DNA of 64,000 nt from Octopus sinensis (GCF_006345805.1 NC_043016.1:10478001-10542000), one strand, 5' to 3'. Shown: positions 1 to 10,090, counted from the first letter of the stretch. Notes: a model not told the origin generated them from the letters alone. Numbers and translations are program-made.

Positions 1-287
1 CTTTTTTTTTACAAATGGAAAAATATAAAATATTCAAGATTTTTAAGTTATATAGGTGACTGTGACCTATTTCTTAAAGAATTAAATTATGAAATATTTA
101 GAATAGTTAAAACACTTAAAATATGTTAATTTTGATTGCTTGTCGGTCTGGTATGATGGGTGGGTGGGTGGGTGGGTGGGTAGGTGGGTAGTTAAAGGAA
201 AGAGCTTATGTCAGCCTAAGACCACAAAAATACCCTGAATAGAATAGGAAAATGGTGTAAAGAAGTTTTATTCAAAATATGAAAAAG

Positions 288-562
288 AATCAATTGCAGT
301 GTGGAAGGTGTTTATAAGCCATTTAAGAAACACACAAAAACCGTTAGATTCACTTCAACATTTAAATTTAATTTGTCAAAATATTTTCGTTGCTTTGAGA
401 CTGCGACCTGTTCACTGACAAAATTCCATGGTCAACGAACAGGTCGCGGTCTGAAAGCGATGAAAATATTTTGACAAATTAAATTTAAATGTTGAAGTGA
501 ATCTAACGGATTTTGTGTGTTTCTTAAATGGCTTATAAACACCTTCCACACTGCAATTGATT
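288..562. mobile_element. Foldback element: ~132-bp inverted arms (288-419 / 431-562) with an 11-nt spacer; Penelope-like inverted pLTR pair
   Basis: AATCAATTGCAGTGTGGAAGGT... is mirrored by ...ACCTTCCACACTGCAATTGATT with few mismatches; each arm carries a hammerhead-like fold near the centre. Confidence 0.8.
372..422 (-). ncRNA. Candidate minimal type I hammerhead ribozyme, G3-C8 core variant
   Basis: Minus strand reads UUUGUCA-GUGAACA-G-GUCGC-(AGUCUCAAA)-GCAAC-GAAA-AUAU-UU-UGACAAA; 7-bp stem I; palindromic AAAAUAUUUU at stem III. Confidence 0.55.
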
Positions 563-982
563 TTTGTTTCAGCTCACAATCTCAGATCAGGTCACTTGCT
601 TTGCAAGTACATATAATTTACAAAACAAGAACAACAAAAAAGACAAAAATTTTTTAAATAGGGAGTAAGAAAAAATAAATTGATGCAGCACCAATTGCTT
701 CAGTTGGTCACACATTACAAAGTTTAATGGCAGCGGCGGCTCATAGATAAAATTAACGGGGGCGCTGCTTCAGAAAATTTTTAGCCTTTGTTTTAATATT
801 ATGTAAAAGGAAACAAACATATAAAAAGAATATTTATACATAAACTGATCAGTTTCCGTTTAGCCTCTGCCAGGTAGTGTGTTTAATTTGTTCATTGAAC
901 ACTGCTACGAATTACCCCTTGTTTTTCAAAAAATCCCCCCCTAAATCACAAAATAAGGGCAGGGGACTGTGCCCTATTTTTC

Positions 983-1082
983 NNNNNNNNNNNNNNNNNN
1001 NNNNNNNNNNNNNNNNNNNNNNNNNNNNNNNNNNNNNNNNNNNNNNNNNNNNNNNNNNNNNNNNNNNNNNNNNNNNNNNNNN
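983..1082. other. Assembly gap (100 N)
   Basis: Run of N. Confidence 1.
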
Positions 1083-1230
1083 CATCAACCATCTTATGGT
1101 GTGTACTGGGTGTTTTTTGGAGGGGCCACCGGGGGCACCCACTACATAGAATAAGGTTGTTACTAATAGAAAGGACATCCAGCTGTAAAAAAAAAAAAAA
1201 CTGAGAAAGTTAAAGCTGAAATGAAATTAT

Positions 1231-1384
1231 ATTTACATTATTTACATTATTTACATTTGACGGATATTTGTCCTCATCTTGTTTGTTGTTAACACAACAT
1301 TTCGGCTGATATACCCTCCAGCCTTCATCAGGAGTCTTGGGGAAATTTCGAACCTGGATTCTCATTCCTTAGGTATTTTTCAGC

Positions 1385-1447
<63 letters not shown>

Positions 1448-1523
1448 TATTCAGTCACTGCCTGGAATTGAACTCGGAATCTTGGGGTTGGTAGCCTGTG
1501 CTCTTATGAGAACTACGCCATAT
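1231..1523 (-). mobile_element. tRNA-headed short element carrying a hammerhead ribozyme (family H1)
   Basis: Minus strand: A-box-like TGGCGTAGT and B-box GAGTTCAATTCC (1452-1520), then (AAT)n, a linker, CTGATGA-A-GGCTG..CAGCC-GAAA (1291-1336) and a (TGTAAATAA)n tail. Homologues at 37665-37900 and 46047-46335. Confidence 0.75.
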
Positions 1524-1532
1524 GAGAAGCCA

Positions 1533-1644
1533 TGTTCGAAATTTCCCCAAGACACCTGATGAAGGCTGGAGGGTATATCAGCTGAAACGGGTTAACAACA
1601 AACAAGATGAGGACAAATATCCATCAAATGTAAATAATGTAAAT
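1533..1644 (+). mobile_element. Inverted partial copy of the H1 3' part (hammerhead at 1551-1593), resuming at ~2060-2093 after a SINE insertion
   Basis: Reverse complement of 1231-1353; GTACTTAATTCCTCATCTCTTAAATATAGAAC at 2062 matches the H1 tail seen inverted at 32941. Confidence 0.75.
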
Positions 1645-1805
1645 AGGTGCAGGAGTGGCTGTGTGGTAAGTAGTTTGCCTACCAACCACATGGTTCCGGG
1701 TTCAGTCCCACTGTGTGGCACCTTGGGCAAGTGTCTTCTACTATAGCCTCGGGCCGACCAAAGCCTTGTGAGTGGATTTGGTAGTCGGAAACTGAAAGCC
1801 CGTCG

Positions 1806-1841
<36 letters not shown>

Positions 1842-2060
1842 CATGTATGTTTGTGTGTCTGTGTCTGTCCCCCTAGCATTGCTTGACAACCGATGCTGGT
1901 GTGTTTATGTCCCCATCACTTAGCGGTTCGGCAAAAAGATTCCGATAGAATAAGTACTGGGCTTACAAAGAATAAGTCCCGGGGTCGAGTTGCTCAACTA
2001 AAGACGGTGCTCCAGCATGGCCGCAGTCAAATGACTGAAACAAGTAAAAGAGTAAAGAGT
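1645..2060 (+). mobile_element. tRNA-derived CORE-like SINE, family A (internal (TA)n(TG)n microsatellite)
   Basis: TGGCTGTGTGG A box, GGTTCAGTCC B box, CCTTGGGCAAGTG CORE-like motif, GTAAAAGA tail; more than 15 copies in the window. Confidence 0.9.
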
Positions 2061-2165
2061 GTACTTAATTCCTCATCTCTTAAATATAGAACTGAAATTG
2101 TATTATTTATCAACAAGATATTACACTCTAAAGATGTTACAATCCCAAAAGACTACAATCTAGAT

Positions 2166-2448
2166 CAGTGGTCCTCAGCCATTTTTTTTTTCCTTCTGGA
2201 CCCCTTTGATTCCAATTTTAGTTGGTTGGACCCTCCATGCCATTTGATGTTTAAAAATTCCTACCATATTTTTATAAATAAATGTTATTAGGAAATGTAT
2301 TAAAAAAAATTGTTAAAATATTTTGTTGTATTGTAGAAGTATAATGAATTTATTGCGCTTAATTTTCAACAGCTAAATCATATGTGGACCTTCAAGGATC
2401 ATATGGACCCCCCCAGTAGTCATATGGACCCCCAGTTCAGAACCACTT
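2166..2448. mobile_element. hAT (Charlie-type) MITE
   Basis: TIRs CAGTGGTCCTCAGC / GTTCAGAACCACTT; flanks ATCTAGAT and GTCTAGAG fit the NTCTAGAN target. Confidence 0.75.
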
Positions 2449-2739
2449 GTCTAGAGCATCATTTGGTAAGAAATACGCACAGAATGTATTTATTTTTCCG
2501 TTAAAGCAAAAAAAATGAAAAAGTTGATGAATTGATGACAACTGAAGAATCAAAGAAAAAATTATATAAAAAATGGTAAGTGAGGAGGCTGAATTGGATG
2601 CTAGAATTACCATTACCAGAACTGACAGCATAGTAATGCACCAGTTCCAATATTTGAACCTGAGAAGAGGAGGGGTTGGTAAAAATAAAAAGCCAAACTT
2701 TCTATCTTTAATTTGTTTTTTTGTGTCTATATTCACCTG

Positions 2740-3087
2740 TGATGATGAAAGATGGAGTAATGATTGGAGGTACTGGTTATGAATACAAGCAGCTGGAAAC
2801 CAGATTCCTTCAAAGGGTCTTTAAAGTTATGTTACTTGACAGAATGGGTAGTTTGGAGATCAGAGCATCACTCTCTATGTTGAGCTGCTACTTCTCTTCA
2901 TTGAGAGGTCACCAGAGCCAATGAGCAGGAGATTTAGGGGTGAACCAAGAATAAGATGGTTGGATAATATTTATAGTCTCAGCTGATCACACTTGGGAAT
3001 CCAGCTGGAAAGTCTAATGATGATGGCTTCTGATAGAACACTATGGTAGGGTGCCTGAGGACTTTACCACCACAACAATTATGGATG
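2740..3087 (+). pseudogene. Highly decayed RTE-like LINE 3' end, ending in (GGAT)n, into which the LTR element inserted
   Basis: Residual peptide RRFRGEPRIRWLDNIY...ASDRTLW resembles RTE C-termini. Confidence 0.45.
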
Positions 3088-3348
3088 TGTGGTGTGATGG
3101 TGAAGGAGTGTGATGGATGGGGGAGAGCGGAAGTGGGGCTTGCAGGGCTTGCAGGGCGCATGCGCCGGCAGAAGCAGAAGTGACAGACAGAACGCACGTG
3201 CGGCATTGACCAGTTGCGCCAGACACGACGAAGAGATGAGACGAGCAAGTTGGCTAAAAGCAATCCGAGTTCATCTCCGACTAGGTAAGACCCAATTACA
3301 TTCCATTCTTCCTTTTTCTGTTGTACTCTTTTCACCGTTCATACTACA
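3088..3348 (+). repeat. 5' LTR
   Basis: TGTGGTGTGA...TCATACTACA; 9 substitutions versus the 3' LTR. Confidence 0.97.
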
Positions 3349-3360
3349 AGCTATTTCGGC
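3349..3360 (+). promoter_or_regulatory. Atypical primer-binding site AGCTATTTCGGC, complementary to tRNA-Phe nt 1-12
   Basis: Abuts the LTR; its reverse complement GCCGAAATAGCT is the 5' end of metazoan tRNA-Phe(GAA) as recalled; no TGG follows the LTR. Confidence 0.7.
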
Positions 3361-3424
3361 AAATAAATAATCACTGGGACCGGCAAATAATCACTCGGTT
3401 TCGTAAAAATAAAAATAGAAAATT

Positions 3425-4140
3425 ATGCAGAGTGCTCTGGTTTCACGCGAGCCTATAACACCGTTTTGCGGCGACACTGATGTGGTCGCTTGGTTGAAGA
3501 GAGTGAAGTTGGTGGCGAAGCTCCACGGTATAGCTGACCTGGCGAGTTTCATGCCGTTGTATTTGGATGGCCCGGCGTTGGCGTTATATTTAGAGATGGA
3601 GGAGACGGACCAACTCAGCGCAGATAAAGTGGAAATCCAACTTATGGAGGCCTTCACGGAAGGAATGTTTGAAGCGTACGCTCGGCTGGGTAGAATGAGA
3701 TGGACTGGGCAACAGGTGGACGTGTTCGCCAATGAGCTTAGAAGGTGGCTAACTGGCGGGCTTGGGTTATGAGGGAGAGTCGCTAGAACGGACGGTTAGG
3801 TTAGCGTTCGTGACCGGCTTCCCGACATCATGTCGGTCGAGCTACGAAGCTCCCGAACGTGCGTTCGATGCCGATGGCCGATACATATCGCGGGCACGTG
3901 TACTGGTTTCGTGCAGCAGGTTGACATCGGTAGCAGCGACTGTAACGTCGAAAAGTGGCCCAGCTAGGAGCAGCGGAGAGGGGCTGAGGAAAGAACGCGT
4001 GCGATCGTTCAAAGGACAGTGTTTCCGGTGCCAAGGCCCACACATGGTCCGTGACTGCGCGTCGCCCAAGCCTGAGGTGATTTGCTACCGGTTGTCGAGA
4101 GCCAGAGCATGTAGCCAGCGAGTGTCTGTGGGGAAACGGA
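3425..4140 (+). pseudogene. gag: gag (frameshifted) with CCHC zinc knuckle
   Basis: ORFs 3425-3772 and 3762-4181; motif CFRCQGPHMVRDC. Confidence 0.85.
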
Positions 4141-4199
4141 CCGCGGGAGACTACTGCGCCGGTAGTTGTCCTTTGGATTAGTAGCAGCGTGTTTTTCAT

Positions 4200-7040
4200 C
4201 TACCTGTGGTCGACATTCTGGTGAAGGGGAAGATGTCGCGAGCCCTGGTAGGACACGGGCTGTAAACGACCCTGATGACCACAGAAGTGGCAGAGACGTG
4301 GAGTGGAGGAGGAAGCAGTGTTAGGGCAGTTGACGAGAAGAGAGAAGTTCACTGCGAAGGGGTTACGGATGCGCAGATTGTGGTGCAGGGACTACAGCTG
4401 ACGTTGCGAGCAATTGTGGTTGGTCACTTGGTGGACGAGATTGACGTGGTGATGGGGATGGATGCAATCACCCGTTGGGAGGTGTCACCGTCAACGAGGC
4501 TGGCGTAACGTTTGGTTAGCGGGGAATCCGTGTAGGGCGAGACCGTGCACCGACGACAACCGTGAGGAAAAGGATGCGGCGCACACCATTGAAGACCAGG
4601 ATTTTCGGGCTGTTTTTGATGGCAAGAGGTGGACAGTGGAGTGGCACTGGAAGGAGAGCCCCCGATGTTAAAGAAAAAGTGGGCTGCTATCAGCATACTC
4701 TAAAAGGAGATGCCAGAAGTGAGTTCGAGGGGGAGGTGGAGCGTGGATTAAGGAGGGCATACTGATCCCCTCGGAAAAAGAAGAGAGCGGAGTCCTGCCA
4801 CTGATGGCGGTGATACAGCCCACAAAGCGTAAGGTCAGGCCAGTGCTCGACTTCCGAGAGCTGAATGACCACGTGTCGTGTCATACAGGCGGTGAGGCCA
4901 CGGATGTCTGCGGAGACACCTTGCGAGAGTGGAGGCAGACGACGGGGGCTTCCACGATTGTCGATTTAAAGTCGGCATACCTACAGGTGCATGTGGCTGA
5001 GAAACTATGGAAGTACCAGCTCGTCAGGTATAGGGGCCAGACTTACTGTCTGACCAGGTTGGGATTCGGGCTAAATTCAGCGCCGAAGATTATGGCAACA
5101 ATTCTCAAGGCCATCCTGGGGAAGGTGGACAGAGTAAAAAGGGCCACCAATTCATACATCGACGACATTCTGGTGGATGAAACCGTGATACCAGCAACGG
5201 AGGTCATAGGCCACCTGAAGAGTTTTGGACTGATCGCCAAGCCGCCAGAGGCTATGGAGGGAGGTGCTGCACTGGGCCTCAAGCTATGGAGAGACAAGGC
5301 CGGCGCCTTGGTGTTCCAGCGAGGGAATGAGGTCCCTGAACTGGGCGCCAGCATGAGTAGACGGGAACTGTTCTCTGTGTGTGGGAAGCTGGTGGGACAC
5401 TACCCGATTGCAGGCTGGCTCCGGACAGCATGCAGCTTCATCAAGAGACGAGCCGAAGGAGTGAAGTGGAATGATAAAGTGGGGGAGAGGACAATCGACA
5501 TGATGCAGGAAGTCTTGGTCAGAGTAGGAGCAGAGGACCCAGTGAGGGGCAGCTGGTATGTTCCCAAATCAAAGAGCGGGATAGTATGTATGGTGTGACG
5601 CCAGTAGCATCGCAATAGGGTTGTCTTGGAAGTGGGAGGTGTCACGGGGAAGATGCAGCCTGGCTCAGGAAGATGGATGACTGCAATCATATCAACGTGG
5701 CGGAGTTGGATGCCATGCTGAGGGGGTGAACCTAGCCTTGAAGTGGGGGTTGCACACCATAGAAATCAGGACTGATTCGGCCACTGTACTTGGTTGGGCG
5801 ACAGCAGTCATCACCGATGAGCGGAGGGTGCGGACCAAAGGGGCTGCAGAGATGCTGGTAAAGCGTCGATTAGGAATACTGCGTGAACTAACCACTGAGT
5901 TCAATCTGAAGCTGAGCGTGATCTTTGTGCCTTCCGAGAAGAACAGGGCAGACGTCTTGACCAGGGTAAAGCGAGCCTGGTTGCAGGTGCCAGAGGATGC
6001 GAAGCAGGATGTAGCTGCAGTATGCCGTCTGAGCGACTCGGAGTTACGGAGACTGCACACCATGCATCACATGGGTGTGGACAGGACATTGTTCCTGGCC
6101 AGAAAAGTTGACTCCGACGTAACAAGACAGAGCGTGCAGAGAGTGGTTAGCAGTTGTGACAGGTGCCAGTCCATTGACCCTGCTCTGGTCGTGCATGAAG
6201 CGGGAAGTATTCCAGTGGACCAGGACTGGAGACAACTGGCGGTGGACATAACACACTACCGGCAGGGGACATACCTCTCAATGGTTGACTGCGGACCAGG
6301 GCGGTTCGCCATATGGAGGGAGATGAAGTCGGGAACCGCAGAAGAAATTGTGAAAGTGTTGAATGAGATATTCCTGGAACGAGGCCCCGTGGATGAACTG
6401 CTTCTGGACAACGGCACTGCATTTCGCTCGGATGTGCTGAGAGAAATGCTTGATGAGTGGAAGGTCAACCGCTTCTTCAGGGCGGCATAACCGGCCAGTG
6501 AAACGGGTGGTGGAAAGGCATCATCGTACCATCAAGGCCATGGCAGAGAGGGGTCACATTTCACCAGTCGAGGCCGTGTTTTGGTACAATATGTCGCCCA
6601 GATCAGGACAGGCTGAGGAGTCGGTGCCACACAGGGCAATATTCAGGTACGAGTGGAGGCATCCGTGTACTACATCAATGCGACCCGGGGCAGAGGAAGA
6701 GCACGCCTTTGTGCAGGTCGGGGAGGAAGTCTGGGTAAAACCCCCAAATGCACGGTGTACATCGCAATGGGGAAAGGGGACAATAACCTCCGTAAATTCA
6801 AAGAATAACATCTCGGTCGATGGTATGCCACGCCACGTTTTGGACATACGGAGGATTGTTCATGCCCCAGAGGATGGGACAAGCAGCAGCGGGCAAGACG
6901 AAAACAACAGACAGGATGACGAGGTCGGCAGCAACACACCAGGAACAAGTCCTAGGGTTGCACTGCGACCACAGAGGGAGCAGCACCCTCCTCCCTGGTT
7001 GGCTGATTATGAAACCAGTTTCAGGTGCGGGAGCGAGTGA
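4200..7040 (+). pseudogene. pol: pol (protease-RT-RNase H-integrase), frameshifted as assembled
   Basis: ALV/DTGC near 4240-4263; RT DLKSAYLQ, LGFGLNSAP, YIDDIL; RNase H CDASS, TDS, NRADVLTR; integrase HHCC (HTMHH..CDRC) and AVDITH, LLDNG, VERHHRTIK. Confidence 0.92.
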
Positions 7041-7067
7041 GGAAGCCGGTTCAGTGATCTATAGATC

Positions 7068-7076
7068 AGGGGGGCG
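7068..7076 (+). promoter_or_regulatory. Polypurine tract AGGGGGG(CG)
   Basis: Lies immediately upstream of the 3' LTR. Confidence 0.75.
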
Positions 7077-7337
7077 TGTGGTGTGATAGTGAAGGAGTGT
7101 GACGGATGGGGGAGAGCGGAAGTGGGGCTTGCAGGGCTTGCAGGGCGCATGCGCCGGCGGAAGCGGAAGTGACAGACAGAACGCACGTGCGGCATTGACC
7201 AGTTGTGCCAGACACGATGAAGAGACGAGACGAGCGAGTTGGCTAAAAGCGATCCGAGTTCATCTCCGACTAGGTAAGACCCAATTACATTCCATTCTTC
7301 CTTTTTCTGTTGTACTCTTTTCACCGTTCATACTACA
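7077..7337 (+). repeat. 3' LTR
   Basis: Direct repeat of 3088-3348. Confidence 0.97.
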
Positions 7338-7759
7338 GGATGGATGGATATTACATTACTGCCCATAAAATTGGTAAACTGCTTACAGAAAGAGATTTAT
7401 CAAAGATTGCCTGATTGAATCTGTTGTTGTCATAAACCTACAGAGAAATTATTTTTTGCATCTATTCTCTCAAATCTTGCTTCTTCCAACCCATCTAAAC
7501 TGAGCCATCTACAAACAACTGTTCTTGTACAAAACCCAATTTTTCAATTCTTTAACTAAGGGCAATTTACCAATGTGATGAACAAAATGTTAAAAATGTG
7601 AAAAGGTATAGATTACTCATTACTACCAAACTTTTTTAGATTTGTTTCTATCAACACATACACTCATTCAAAAATCCTGGTAGAAACAATGTTACCTTGC
7701 TCTCAAATGTTGTAAGGGGAACATTGACATATCTACAGTGGTGGACAGCTCTTCATGAG

Positions 7760-8040
7760 AACAGCAAGGTGCGAGACATCTCAGTCCTTTGTCATCTTCA
7801 CAAAGCTCAGTATGCTGAGGTTGGCCTTCAGTAATTCGTCCCATGTCTTCTGGGTTTTTCCCTTCCATGTGTTCCATCTGCTTTAAGTGATCGGCACTAC
7901 TTTTTGCAACTGCTCGCTTCCATCTGCATCACATGACCAAACCAACTCGGTCGCCTCTCTTGCACATTACATCTAATCCCTCTTAAGCCTTCACATATCC
8001 TCTGCATTCAGGGCCCAAGTCTCACTACCATGTAGTATTA
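7760..8040 (-). pseudogene. RTE LINE C-terminal fragment, decayed
   Basis: LILHGSETWALNAEDM and a PRRHG/TWDELLK-like segment, homologous to 16406-16807. Confidence 0.7.
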
Positions 8041-8137
8041 GTGTGTATATGTGTGTGTGTGGTGTGTGTGCGTATGTGTGCGTGTGTGGTGTGTGTATGT
8101 GCGTGTATGTGTGTAAATGTGTGCGTGTGTGTAGGGA

Positions 8138-8168
<31 letters not shown>

Positions 8169-8589
8169 TCTATGTGTGTGTGCGCCCGCGCGTGTGTGTG
8201 CGTGTGCATAGACACGAGATTTGCTCCTGAATTAAATTTATTGGAAATTTTCATTTCCTTCAACACGATATATAAGTGAAGTGACTATATTCAAGGGAGA
8301 TAACAATATAATTCAAACAATTTCAAAACGTTCGAAATTGCCCAACAAAGGGGGTTATCTCCCTTGCAGCCATTTTCTTTCACAATGCATTAATAAAGGT
8401 TTAATGTAACAGCCTAATGAGGGTGGGGGGGTGGAAATGAAGTTATTTCCCTTCACTTTCAAATCCCGACCAGGTACGCTTTGATATTGCAGACAGGTAG
8501 GTTCATACTGCGGAAGAATTGATTTAATCAGCTGCATTTACCTAAAAAAAAAAGAAATAAAAGAAAAAAAAATTGGCACCCCTCTCTCT

Positions 8590-9000
8590 TTTTTTTTACT
8601 CTTTTACTTGTTTCAGTCATTTGACTGCGGCCATGCTGGAGCACCGCCTTTAATCGAGCAACTCGACCCCGGGACTATTCTTTTGTAAGCCTAGTACTTA
8701 TTCTATCGGTCTCTTTTGCCGAACCGCTAAGTAACGGGGAGACGTAACACACCAGCATCGGTTGTCAAGCAATGCTAGGGAGACAAACACAGATACACAA
8801 ACATATACACACACACACACATATATATATACATATATAGACGGCTTCTTTCAGTTTCCGTCTACCAAATCCACTCACAAGGCTTCGGTCGGCCCGAGGC
8901 TATAGCAGAAGACACTTGCCTAAGATGCCACGCAGTGGGACTGAACCCGGAACCATGTGGTTGATTAGCAAGCTACTTACCACACAGCCACTCCTGCGCC
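8590..9000 (-). mobile_element. SINE family A
   Basis: Reverse complement of 1645-2060. Confidence 0.9.
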
Positions 9001-9094
9001 TACTGGAGATCAATATAATTTTAAGTGCAAACAATTTCTCGAGGCTTTTCCACACTTTCTCACTGACGTATGCGTTGAAAACACACACACACCA

Positions 9095-9141
<47 letters not shown>

Positions 9142-9221
9142 AACACACTTACACACATAAACACATACACACACACACACACACACAAACACACACAAAC
9201 ACACACACACACACACCATAA

Positions 9222-9258
<37 letters not shown>

Positions 9259-9407
9259 AACACACACACTCTCACACACACACACACACGCTCACACAAA
9301 CACACTACACAGTGCTGTCTTCACACATATATATGTGCATTACCAAAACCGCTTACACACACACATACACACACACACACGCACACACACATATGTATAT
9401 ATATATA

Positions 9408-9600
9408 GTTAATCCAAACATGAAAACACGAAGAGAAAACACAATAACGCGAGGACGTGGAACAAATAAAGTATTATTGGATGCTCAGGAAAGAAGGAAA
9501 GAAGGAGGGTTTAACGTTTCGAGCGGAGCTCTTCGTCGGAAACATAGGAAAAGGAAAGATCCAGAGAAGGGAAGACGGAGGAAAAAAAATCGCCAACGGT

Positions 9601-9605
<5 letters not shown>
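9408..9605 (-). mobile_element. Short element family H2 with a 35-nt minimal hammerhead (9509-9543)
   Basis: Minus strand GUUU-CCGACGA-A-GAGC-UCC-GCUC-GAAAC-GUU-AAAC; copies at 26472-26620 and 57811-58020, all abutting (TA)n. Confidence 0.75.
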
Positions 9606-9634
<29 letters not shown>

Positions 9635-9635
<1 letters not shown>

Positions 9636-9830
9636 GGCGCAGGAGAGTGACTGTGTGGTAAGTAGCTTGCTTACCAACCACATGATTCTGGGTTCAATTC
9701 CACTGCATGGCACCTTGGGCAAATGCCTTCAACTGTAGCCTTGAGTTGACCAAAGCCTTCTGAGTGGATTTGTAGTCAGTACTAACGAAAGACGTCTGAC
9801 ACACACACACACCACCACACATACACACAC

Positions 9831-9891
<61 letters not shown>

Positions 9892-10090
9892 TTTCTTTTA
9901 TTTGTTTCAGTCATTTGACTGCAGCCATGCTGGAGCACCGCCTTTAGTCGAACAAATCGACCATAGGACTTATCCTTTGTAAGCCTAGTACTTATTCTAT
10001 CGGTTACCTTTACCAAACTGCTAAGTTACAGGGATGTAAACACACCAACAACAGTTGTCAAGCGATGATGGAGTGGGGAGATAAACATAT
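9635..10090. mobile_element. SINE A 5' half (+, 9635-9830) and 3' half (-, 9890-10090)
   Basis: Homology to family A. Confidence 0.8.

Larger units (their letters stand above)
3088..7337 (+). mobile_element. Ty3/Gypsy LTR retrotransposon, near full length (4250 bp)
   Basis: 261-bp LTRs with TG...CA ends, 5-bp TSD GGATG (3083-3087, 7338-7342), domain order gag-PR-RT-RNaseH-IN, and a PPT. Confidence 0.97.

Noticed and set aside
1452-1520. tRNA genes suggested by A/B boxes (also 45760-45842 and 52103-52180)
   Set aside because: They lack a full cloverleaf and terminator and are embedded as SINE heads.
7055-7068. Palindrome TGATCTATAGATCA before the PPT as a second tRNA-Phe contact
   Set aside because: Only about 6 nt are complementary, which is not distinguishable from chance.
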